Source: Candidatus Micrarchaeota archaeon (GTDB taxonomy: Archaea; Micrarchaeota; Micrarchaeia; Burarchaeales; Fermentimicrarchaeaceae). From it: a DNA stretch of 55,717 nt. The stretch spans positions 1 to 55,717 of the forward strand of contig JAPLWV010000026.1 of NCBI GenBank assembly GCA_026396385.1. The letters are read 5' to 3'. Below, piece by piece: positions 5,957-13,368 of the stretch; position 1 is the first letter of the stretch; every line of letters starts with the position of its first letter. Under the pieces are notes generated by a model, which worked only from the letters and a program-made list of their open reading frames with translations, searched no databases and had not been told where the DNA came from. The position numbers and the translations under genes were made by a program.

Positions 5957-7393
5957 ATGGTCTCTTTAACATTCTTCGGCGGGGTCGGGGAGATAGGCGG
6001 CAACAAGATACTGCTGAAGGACAGGAAGACAAGGATATGGCTTGACTTCGGGATGAGCTTCTCCAAATCTGCCGAGTTCTACTCGGATTTTCTCGGTCCC
6101 AAGAAGTGCAATGGAATCGGGGATTACATCGAACTGGGGCTTGTCCCGGACATCAAGGGGCTTTACCGGGAGGACTACCTGAAGAAGATGGGCAGGGACA
6201 AGGAGGAAAGCGGGTTTGACGGGATCCTGCTCTCCCACGCGCATCTTGACCACAACGGGCATTTGGACCTCGTGAGGCCTGACATACCGCTATACTGCTC
6301 CCAGGGTTCGAAATGCATAATGGAGATGATTGACACAACAAGCGGCGGCGAGTTCCTGAGGGAAAAGGTAAGCTTCCGCTTCGTCCCGAAGAAGAGGGGG
6401 GAAGGTTTGAAGCGGCTGGACAGCAGGGAGCCTGAAGGGATTGTTGAGAGAGTTGTCAACGTGGTTGAAAAGCCGTTTAAAGTCGGGGATTTGGAAGTCA
6501 CGCCAATGCCTGTGGACCATTCCCTTCCGGGTGCATTGGCATTCGCAATAGAGACAAGCGAAGGTGCAGTCATCTACTCCGGGGATTTCAGGTTCCACGG
6601 CCTTAATGAGAAGAAGACAAGGGAATTCGTTGAAAAAGCCTCTGGGTTTGAGCCGGCTGCATTCATCTGCGAAGGAACCAGGATTGACAGCAACAAGACA
6701 GAGACTGAGAGGGATGTTTACAGCACGGTGACGAAGTTCTGCAAGGACTGCGAGGCCCTCATAATCGCAAACTACCCCCTCCGTGATACCGACAGGATGA
6801 CGACTTTCCTGAATGCTGCAAAGGACCATGACAGGAAGCTGGTGGTAAACCTGAAGCAGGCTTTCCTGCTTGATGCGTTCGGGAAGGCAGGGCAGGAAGC
6901 TCCAAGGCTGGAGGATGTCTCTATCTACATTCCGCGCAAGTCCTGGGGCCTGGTGACAGAAGACATGGATCCTGACCTGGTGCACGGTGATTATGAAACA
7001 TGGGAGTGCCAGTTTATTGATGCTGGCAACTCGATAACCTGCGAGGAGCTCAGGAAGAACCAAGATGAATATCTGTGGCACTGCGACTTCTTCGAGCTTA
7101 AGGAGCTTATTGACGTGAAGCCGATGAAGGCAAGCAAGTACGTGTGGAGCGTTACCGAGCCATTTGACGTGGTAATGGAGCTTGACGAGCAGATAGTGAT
7201 GAACTGGCTCGCGCATTTCAACATAACCGAGATAACCAGGTCGCATGTGTCCGGGCATGCAAACGGGCGGGATCTGAAGGAGACGATTGACGCGATTAAA
7301 CCGAAGAAGCTCTTTGCAGTGCATACGGAGCATCCTGAGATGTTTGAGAATGTGAGAGTGGTGGAGAAGGGGAAGGAGTGCGAGGTTGGGTGA
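5957..7393 (+). CDS. Metallo-beta-lactamase/beta-CASP ribonuclease, archaeal RNase J-like
   Basis: N-terminus FFGGVGEIGGNKILL. HxHxDH motif LLSHAHLDHNGHL. C-terminal HVSGHANGRDLKETIDAIKPKKLFAVHTEH matches the RNase J SGHA...P...HGE pattern. Size (478 aa) fits archaeal RNase J. Confidence 0.7.
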   Translation: MVSLTFFGGVGEIGGNKILLKDRKTRIWLDFGMSFSKSAEFYSDFLGPKKCNGIGDYIELGLVPDIKGLYREDYLKKMGRDKEESGFDGILLSHAHLDHNGHLDLVRPDIPLYCSQGSKCIMEMIDTTSGGEFLREKVSFRFVPKKRGEGLKRLDSREPEGIVERVVNVVEKPFKVGDLEVTPMPVDHSLPGALAFAIETSEGAVIYSGDFRFHGLNEKKTREFVEKASGFEPAAFICEGTRIDSNKTETERDVYSTVTKFCKDCEALIIANYPLRDTDRMTTFLNAAKDHDRKLVVNLKQAFLLDAFGKAGQEAPRLEDVSIYIPRKSWGLVTEDMDPDLVHGDYETWECQFIDAGNSITCEELRKNQDEYLWHCDFFELKELIDVKPMKASKYVWSVTEPFDVVMELDEQIVMNWLAHFNITEITRSHVSGHANGRDLKETIDAIKPKKLFAVHTEHPEMFENVRVVEKGKECEVG

Positions 7394-7452
7394 GGGATGT
7401 AACCATGGTTACAATCGCAGTATTTGATTGACTGGTATTTCTATAAGGTGTT

Positions 7453-7782
7453 GTGAAGAGGAAATTTGAGTTTGAGGGTTATAATGCCGTTGTTGAGAAA
7501 GAGAGAATGAAGGGTGGGAGGGCGGATGTTGCGGTATTTCCTACTGAGAAAAGCCCCCATAAGAAGAGAATTGCAGTTGAAGTTACTTTTGAGTACAAGA
7601 ATGCTGTTTCTAATATAAAGAAAGATTTTAAAGATGGGTTTGATGAGGTAATAATATTATACGAGGAGGAGTATACTAAGAGCTTCGTGGAGTCACATAT
7701 TAAAATGGAACTTGAGAAAGAGGAGCAGGAGAGAGTAACGTTCGAGGATGTAAGAGGATATGCGGCATACGTGAGCGTGTGA
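7453..7782 (+). CDS. Small hypothetical protein, possibly PD-(D/E)xK nuclease-fold
   Basis: 109 aa, GTG start. GRADVAVFP ... RIAVEVTFEYK loosely fits a D...ExK arrangement. First gene of a tightly packed three-gene set. Confidence 0.3.
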   Translation: MKRKFEFEGYNAVVEKERMKGGRADVAVFPTEKSPHKKRIAVEVTFEYKNAVSNIKKDFKDGFDEVIILYEEEYTKSFVESHIKMELEKEEQERVTFEDVRGYAAYVSV

Positions 7783-7791
7783 GGTGAACAG

Positions 7792-8157
7792 ATGGATTCA
7801 GAAGCTACTTTGGATGACTTAAAGAAGACCGTTAAAAAGTTTTGCGAAGATAGGGACTGGGATCAGTACCACAATGCGAAAGATTTAGCAATAGGGATTA
7901 TAACCGAATCATCAGAACTGTTGGAGCACTTCCGCTTCAAGTCAGAAAAGGAGATAGAGGAGATGTTCAAGGACTCAAGGAAAAAAAGTGAGATTTCAGA
8001 GGAGATGGCGGACGTATTCTACTTCCTCCTTAGACTGGCTCAGAAGTATGATATAGACCTCGGTTCTGAGCTGAGTAAGAAAATAGCACACAATGAGAAG
8101 AAATACCCAGTTGAAAAATCAAGAGGCTCTAATAAAAAATATACGGAGCTGCTGTAG
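7792..8157 (+). CDS. MazG-like nucleoside triphosphate pyrophosphohydrolase (DCTPP1/all-alpha NTP-PPase type)
   Basis: FCEDRDWDQYHNAKDLAIGIITESSELLEHFRFK and EEMADVFYFLLRLAQKYDIDL give the ExxE and EExxD metal-binding helices. KIAHNEKKYP tail. Confidence 0.8.
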   Translation: MDSEATLDDLKKTVKKFCEDRDWDQYHNAKDLAIGIITESSELLEHFRFKSEKEIEEMFKDSRKKSEISEEMADVFYFLLRLAQKYDIDLGSELSKKIAHNEKKYPVEKSRGSNKKYTELL

Positions 8158-8159
8158 AT

Positions 8160-10013
8160 ATGAAATTATATGAAGGAGATTTAGAGCAATTCAGAGAAGA
8201 CGTTCTTAATAATAGAATCGCAGATATAATGCGGAATAAAGCCAATGAGTATAAAGTAAATGTTAGCAGATCCGAGTATAGGTCTTGGCAGATTTCTCCA
8301 AGAGTCTTTAAAGATGCAGTTTCTCAGCTCCATAATAACAAGATTATACTCGAATACAGATTCCCTAACTATGGCGGAAGAATAGACGTCATTCTTTTTG
8401 GTAAGCATAACGGGTCGGACCAGGTAGTCATTACAGAATTGAAGCAATGGTCAAATGATAGTGTAAGCGACTGTGAGGATGAGGGAAGCGTGATAGCAGA
8501 GATTAATGGGCATATGGTGAAAATGGCTCATCCATCATCACAGGTTGAGGGTTATTACCTTAGCTTAATAGACAACTTACAAGTTTTTGATGAGAAACCA
8601 GAGATAAAATTGCATGCTTCTGCATACTGCCATAACTACTCTAGAGAGAATGACAAGGTGCTATACCAGGATAAATTCAAAGAAATAACCGACAAATATC
8701 CACTATTTACAAAAGAGGACAATGCAAAACTTGGCGAATATCTCAGAGACAGGCTGGTAGACGATAACGGGATAGAAGTCTTTAATCGCTTCGTAAACAG
8801 TCCTGTAAGGCCATCTAAAGGTTTAATACAGCACGTAGGGGACATGATTAACAAGCAACAGATATTTAATTTAATTGACGAGCAGATACCGGCACGCAAT
8901 GCAATTATCAGCAGGGCAAAGGAATTGGCAAAGTCTGGTAAGAAATTCGTGATAATTGTAAAGGGAGGGCCCGGCACTGGAAAGTCTGTCATTGCACTGG
9001 AGACAATGGCAGAACTCCTGAGGAAAGGGAAGAACGTATTTTATGCAACAGGCTCATCCGCATTTACAAATACTCTTAGGAAGGTTGCGGGTAAAAGGGC
9101 AAAAGACAGGTTCAAGTATTTCTTCAGCTTTACGCGTCATAAAGAAAATGAGATTGATGTGCTAGTGTGCGATGAGGCACATAGGCTAAGGAAGAATAGC
9201 GCAGATTACGGAGTTCCTTCCCATCTCAAATCAGAGTTGCCGCAGGTTGAAGACTTGATACGGCCAGCTAGACTAACTGTCTTCTTCATAGATGAGCATC
9301 AGATAGTAAGGCCGAGTGAAGTTGGGGATGTTGCACTGATTAGACAGGCTGCTTTAAAGCTTAATGCTGAAGTAGAGGAATTTGATTTAAAAACTCAATT
9401 TAGATGCGGAGGTTCAGAAGCCTATTTGCAATGGCTGGAGAATACTCTTGGCATAACAGAATCCGAGGTGCGGATGCTGGGTAAAAATGAACAGATGGAA
9501 TTTAAAATATTTGACAGCCCAGAAGCGCTTAGGGATGCGATATACGAGAAGAACAAGGCAAGGCCTAATTTCGCTAGAATCGCAGCAGGTTTCTGCTGGC
9601 CATGGAGTAAGCCGAACGCTGATGGTAGTTTAGTTAATGATGTAAAAATAGGAAGTTTTGAGATGCCGTGGGAGAGGAAGGACGAGTTTTGGAAATGGGC
9701 CACAGATGAGAGCGGAATGGAGCAGGTTGGAACAGTTTATACTGCACAGGGGTTTGAATTTGACTACATTGGGGTTATTTTTGGGAAGGATTTGATTTAT
9801 GACAAGGAGAATAACACTTGGAAGAGCGATCCGAAGAGTTCGCATGACAGCATGATAAAAAGGAATAATGAAACTTTGACAAAACACTTGAAAAACGTAT
9901 ATCGCGTTTTGATGTCAAGGGCGCATAAGGGAGTTTACATCTATTTTATGGATAAGGATACGGAGAACTTCTTTAAGTCTAGAGTAGAAAGCTACAACCC
10001 GCCCCCAAGGTGA
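8160..10013 (+). CDS. DUF2075-type (Schlafen-helicase-like) P-loop ATPase with an N-terminal PD-(D/E)xK nuclease-like domain
   Basis: N-terminal GRIDVILFG..VVITELKQW (D..ExK). Walker A VKGGPGTGKSV. Walker B VLVCDEAHRL. C-terminal YTAQGFEFDYIGVIFG and VYRVLMSRAHKGVYIY, typical of DUF2075/SF1-like proteins. Starts 3 nt after the MazG stop. Confidence 0.75.
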   Translation: MKLYEGDLEQFREDVLNNRIADIMRNKANEYKVNVSRSEYRSWQISPRVFKDAVSQLHNNKIILEYRFPNYGGRIDVILFGKHNGSDQVVITELKQWSNDSVSDCEDEGSVIAEINGHMVKMAHPSSQVEGYYLSLIDNLQVFDEKPEIKLHASAYCHNYSRENDKVLYQDKFKEITDKYPLFTKEDNAKLGEYLRDRLVDDNGIEVFNRFVNSPVRPSKGLIQHVGDMINKQQIFNLIDEQIPARNAIISRAKELAKSGKKFVIIVKGGPGTGKSVIALETMAELLRKGKNVFYATGSSAFTNTLRKVAGKRAKDRFKYFFSFTRHKENEIDVLVCDEAHRLRKNSADYGVPSHLKSELPQVEDLIRPARLTVFFIDEHQIVRPSEVGDVALIRQAALKLNAEVEEFDLKTQFRCGGSEAYLQWLENTLGITESEVRMLGKNEQMEFKIFDSPEALRDAIYEKNKARPNFARIAAGFCWPWSKPNADGSLVNDVKIGSFEMPWERKDEFWKWATDESGMEQVGTVYTAQGFEFDYIGVIFGKDLIYDKENNTWKSDPKSSHDSMIKRNNETLTKHLKNVYRVLMSRAHKGVYIYFMDKDTENFFKSRVESYNPPPR

Positions 10014-10017
10014 GTGA

Positions 10018-10131
10018 GTAAGAATCAATGACGAAATAAACAAAACCGATGCAGAGATAGATGAACTGGTTTATAAATTATATAGGATTACAGATGAAGA
10101 AAAGAAAATAATTAAAGATAGCTTGAAATAG
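10018..10131 (+). pseudogene. Relic of the C-terminal tail of a restriction-modification (type IIG/TaqI_C-like) methyltransferase
   Basis: Reads VRINDEINKTDAEIDELVYKLYRITDEEKKIIKDSLK*. The xIDxLVYxLYxLTxEExxxI tail is characteristic of many R-M/BREX methyltransferases. There is no upstream body, and the frame differs from the DUF2075 gene. Confidence 0.55.
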
Positions 10132-10162
10132 GTTATAAAATATTGCAGTAGATAAGTTAACC

Positions 10163-10639
10163 ATGGCTATTATTTTCGTCGACCAGAGCGGAAAAGTGGA
10201 GAAGACAAATAAGCATACCGTCATAGCGACAAGCGCATCGGAAAAAAAGAGCTATACGGTAATGCTCCCAAGCTATTGGAAGAAGAGAATATGCGAGGAG
10301 ATAAAGCATTATCCCAGTGCTGCCCGCCATAGAAAGGTTCCCACTGTGAAGATTTTCTCGTTCTGCGTCTATCTTGCCATGCCGTATCTCAGAAAAGATG
10401 ATTCAATCGTGATAGATACAGAATATGCGGGCAAATCGAATGAAATCAAAAGCCAGCTTCTGGAACTCATAAGAGGGAAATATCCGGAATTCAAAAAAGA
10501 GCAGATAACCTCCCTCCAGATTGGGAAGGATATATACGTCCACAAGTTAGCAAATGAAACGTACAGGGGCATTAGAAAGCCGGATAAGGTTATAGATGAA
10601 ACAGACTTGTCCAGATTGTTTGGAAAGAAAAAGAACTAA
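10163..10639 (+). CDS. Hypothetical protein
   Basis: 158-aa ORF, AT-rich. The N-terminus IIFVDQSGK is faintly reminiscent of DUF3800-type starts, but I recognise no clear family. Confidence 0.5.
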   Translation: MAIIFVDQSGKVEKTNKHTVIATSASEKKSYTVMLPSYWKKRICEEIKHYPSAARHRKVPTVKIFSFCVYLAMPYLRKDDSIVIDTEYAGKSNEIKSQLLELIRGKYPEFKKEQITSLQIGKDIYVHKLANETYRGIRKPDKVIDETDLSRLFGKKKN

Positions 10640-10739
10640 GTGGCTCAGCGGATTTTCGCCGCCTCAAGTGGGTTTACCTTTGCGTCGTAGGCACCTCGAT
10701 TTCTCGAGTGTGTTGGCTACGGATCGGTAAACCAGCCAC
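10640..10739 (+). ncRNA. Candidate ~100-nt structured RNA or DNA element (nested helices). The strand is assumed; the helices would also form on the other strand.
   Basis: Nested complementarity read directly: GTGGC/GCCAC (outer), GCGG-attttcg-CCGC hairpin, GGTTTACC/GGTAAACC, CGTAG/CTACG, CTCGA-tttc-TCGAG. Starts 1 nt after the stop codon at 10637-10639. Confidence 0.35.
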
Positions 10740-11255
10740 GTACTAGTATGTGTAAATATATGTATATATACCTTACTGGGAAATATAAACTGGAGTATAT
10801 ATTACTGGTAACACGCTAGTTTCACGCTAGAATTTCATCAGACTTTTACTAGAGTTTAACCAGTTATGTATAATATAACATCACTGAAATCCTCGAAACC
10901 GTCCGGTTTCTGAAAAAAAGCGGTAAAATCCGGCAGGATAGGCAGTTTTCTCACAATTTCTAAAAAACTCAGAAAAAGCCGGTCTAGACCGGAGAAGCCG
11001 GTTCAGGCGTGAGCCTGCTTTGCCTGCGCCAAAGCGCAGCAAATGGCATTTCGACCGTTTCACGAGGAAGCAGAAAAACAGGTGAAATGGTAAAGCCTGC
11101 TTCAGCGACGACAGCTTATTTTGAACAGGCTACCGTTTCGACCGATTCTACAGACGTATTTTATACCCGAACGGAATATGCAGAAATTGACGAACTGGTC
11201 TGCAAGCTGTGCGGGACCACTCGGCTTTAAAAAACAGGGAATCCATAATTCACGC

Positions 11256-11471
11256 ATGGAAATCGCGGAAAGCGGGAAGCCGGAAAAGACAGCCGGTGCA
11301 AAGATGAGGGAGCACCGGAAGCTCCTGGAGAGGAAATTCAAGAGGCGCGAGGAGCTTTCCATGACGGCAGGGAAATGCCAGAAAGGGATGGGCGAAATAA
11401 AATGCTGGCAAAAGAACTGCAGGAAGAAGCTGAGGATCCGGCGCTCAAAGAGATTCAAGAAAAAAGGCTGA
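11256..11471 (+). CDS. Possible small, highly basic protein (71 aa)
   Basis: MEIAESGKPEKTAGAKMREHRKLLERKFKRREELS..CRKKLRIRRSKRFKKKG. No recognisable family. Lies in an otherwise non-coding GC-richer stretch. Confidence 0.2.
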   Translation: MEIAESGKPEKTAGAKMREHRKLLERKFKRREELSMTAGKCQKGMGEIKCWQKNCRKKLRIRRSKRFKKKG

Positions 11472-11489
11472 AAGGCGGCAAACGTGAGG

Positions 11490-12157
11490 TTATCCCTTCT
11501 TCATTCGCCTGAACTCCGAAAGCTCAACGGGCCTGGCGACCTCTATAAGCCTGTCGATCGCATCATTGATTGACTTCGCGTTTATCCCCATGATGTCGCC
11601 AATCACGTATTCATTCACCGGCCTGCCGGCCTTGTAGCAGGCATGGTATACCGCCGCAGCTGAGAGCGCCATGGGGTCGGAAACGGGCGTTTTCTTCCTC
11701 TTCTCGTATCTGGAGAGAGTGTCTTTCGCAATCCCTGCAACCTCCCCCTCATGCTTCCTGTCCAGCCAGCCGCTCTCCGCCAGGAAAGACACAGCAGAAT
11801 CAACGTAATCGGCCGGCTTCTCTATCATTTTCACATCTGTCATCTTCCTTGCTTTTTGCATCTCAGCCGGATCCACTGTCTGCCATATGTGCGCACCCCT
11901 GAGCAAGTCCACGGGGCATTTGTTGTTGTCCAGGGAGAGCTGCATTGCCACCCTCGCCTGGAGTTTGGGATTCAGGCCAAGCTTCTCAATCTTCTTGTAG
12001 AATTCGGAAGCATCGCCGATAATTGCTGCTATTTTTTCCTTACTCACAAACAATTTTGATTTTCCCTCGTGATAGGACTTAAGGGAGCCTTCAAGCAGCT
12101 TATCAAACGTCCTCGCTGGCGTTTCATCCATCTTCTTAATGGATATGGTTTCGCTCA
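11490..12157 (-). CDS. TFB/TFIIB-like cyclin-fold protein lacking the N-terminal zinc ribbon
   Basis: The likely start is ATG 12157 (MSETISIKK), about 30 nt downstream of a motif B TATA; the ORF-track start at 12257 would include the promoter. PADYVDSAVSFLAESG...DPMALSAAAVYHACYKAGRPVNEYVIGDIMGINAKSINDAIDRL matches the TFB core cyclin-repeat pattern. Confidence 0.5.
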
Positions 12158-12170
12158 TATGATCACGACA

Positions 12171-12196
12171 ATATTGCTCATTTTGAATATTTAAGC
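12171..12196 (-). promoter_or_regulatory. Motif B copy (gene orientation GCTTAAATATTCAAAATGAGCAATAT)
   Basis: Conserved cassette upstream of the TFB-like gene. Confidence 0.6.
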
Positions 12197-12263
12197 ATAA
12201 GCCCAAGATGCTTCGGAAATGCCAAGAAAAGCCAAACTTTAGCGCATGATTAATCAAAGAACC

Positions 12264-12776
12264 TCAGTGCTGGATTTTTAGTTTTTTCGCAGCCTGGTTC
12301 TCCTCTTTAATCCTGGCACTCCCCGCTTTTTCCAAGTTTTTAATTTCCTCATCCATTTCATGCACCCCGGCTGCCTTGCCGAAACCGTAACCAATCAGGG
12401 CAACGCCGGCTGCGAATGCAAGCTCCAATGCATTTTGCGGAAGGCCCAGCCTAAGCAGTTCACCCGCGGTTGCCGTAATGCCAACTGCAGCGCATGCAAT
12501 TACCCCGGCAGTTATATAGTTCGCACTGCGCGCAATTTTATCCTTCGCAATCTCCCGCAGCTCTTTTAGCTGCTCCTCAAGCGTCTTTACCTTACTCTCC
12601 ACTTTCTCTTTTAATTTCTGCCCGACTGTTTTCTTCTCGACTACTGTCTCCTTTGGCCCTTTTTGGATAGCCGGAAGCTTTGCAGCTTTAGATGTCCCCT
12701 CAAAGCTGGTTGTTATATCTCCTGAAAATTTATGGGGCTTTTCCTCAACTTTCTTCTCTACCATAAACATCACCAC
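12264..12776 (-). CDS. Coiled-coil membrane protein with an MVEKK-type N-terminus, function unknown
   Basis: 170 aa. Two hydrophobic helices (ANYITAGVIACAAVGITA, LAFAAGVALIGYGFG). The N-terminus MVEKKVEEK..AKLPAIQKGPKE is shared with the repeat protein at 2622. The probable start is ATG 12764. Confidence 0.6.
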   Translation of the reverse strand: MVMFMVEKKVEEKPHKFSGDITTSFEGTSKAAKLPAIQKGPKETVVEKKTVGQKLKEKVESKVKTLEEQLKELREIAKDKIARSANYITAGVIACAAVGITATAGELLRLGLPQNALELAFAAGVALIGYGFGKAAGVHEMDEEIKNLEKAGSARIKEENQAAKKLKIQH

Positions 12777-12777
12777 T

Positions 12778-12803
12778 AAAATTGCTCATTTTCAATATTT
12801 AAA
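12778..12803 (-). promoter_or_regulatory. Motif B copy (GTTTAAATATTGAAAATGAGCAATTT)
   Basis: Conserved cassette. The motif-internal ATG opens a 14-codon out-of-frame uORF. Confidence 0.6.
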
Positions 12804-12854
12804 CATAAGCCATAGCTGCTTTACCTTCGTCCTTTTCCAAAATAAGCTTTTAGG

Positions 12855-13301
12855 TTACCCAAGGGGTTGTTTTTCCAGCAATAACTGAGGTACTGTTTTC
12901 CGAATTCTTTTGTTACGTTCCTCCAACTCCTTGTTATGTTCCTTCAGCCATTCTTTTACTTGGGGGTTTTTTAGGAAATCCCCAATCTCTTTTTCCAAAT
13001 TCTTGGGTTCGGCGTTCCACAGGTGGACGGCATCTGAGTAAACTTGGATTTTATTTAATTCTCCACTCTGTGAGAAATCCAACTTGACATCTTGTGCAAG
13101 TTTTTCCTTACCACTAATACGACTACGCCACTGAAGCGTTCCATCGTCCGTAAGATGTATCATTATTTCTCTTGTGTCTCTATCGTTCGTTTTTCCCCAA
13201 CTCAATTCCTTTCCAACCCACGTCCTTTCTTTATTTAGTTCAAGCTTGACACCCTGAAACGTTATCTCTTCCGCCTTCTTTTCTACCATAAACACCACCA
13301 A
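12855..13301 (-). CDS. Hypothetical protein, paralog of the 31327-31821 product
   Basis: VKLELNKERTWVGK..IHLTDDGTLQWRSR..VKLDFSQSGELNKI..LWNAEPKNLEKEIGDFL..VKEWLKEHNK aligns with IELELTKDKSWAGR..VHFKEGGTITWCSR..VSLNFKQDGKLNRI..LWSANIEELERKMREFL..VKEWLKERNK. The probable start is ATG 13289. Confidence 0.6.
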   Translation of the reverse strand: MVVFMVEKKAEEITFQGVKLELNKERTWVGKELSWGKTNDRDTREIMIHLTDDGTLQWRSRISGKEKLAQDVKLDFSQSGELNKIQVYSDAVHLWNAEPKNLEKEIGDFLKNPQVKEWLKEHNKELEERNKRIRKTVPQLLLEKQPLG

Positions 13302-13303
13302 TT

Positions 13304-13329
13304 AAATTGCTCATTTTGAGTATTTAAGC
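13304..13329 (-). promoter_or_regulatory. Motif B copy (GCTTAAATACTCAAAATGAGCAATTT)
   Basis: Conserved cassette. Confidence 0.6.
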
Positions 13330-13368
13330 ATAACCTCAAGAGACACCTTGGTTTCTTCTAACTCCCTG

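Noticed and set aside
6290-7333. 347-aa minus-strand ORF, plus several shorter ones, inside the RNase J-like gene
   Set aside because: These are antisense shadows of a GC-richer coding region. The + strand product carries the full MBL/beta-CASP motif set.
11009-11458. ORFs 11009-11230 (+), 11121-11471 (+), 11102-11458 (-) and 10881-11063 (-) as real genes
   Set aside because: They mutually overlap and have no start context or recognisable domains apart from the methylase-tail-like end of the first. Only the basic C-terminal part (11256-11471) is listed, at low confidence.
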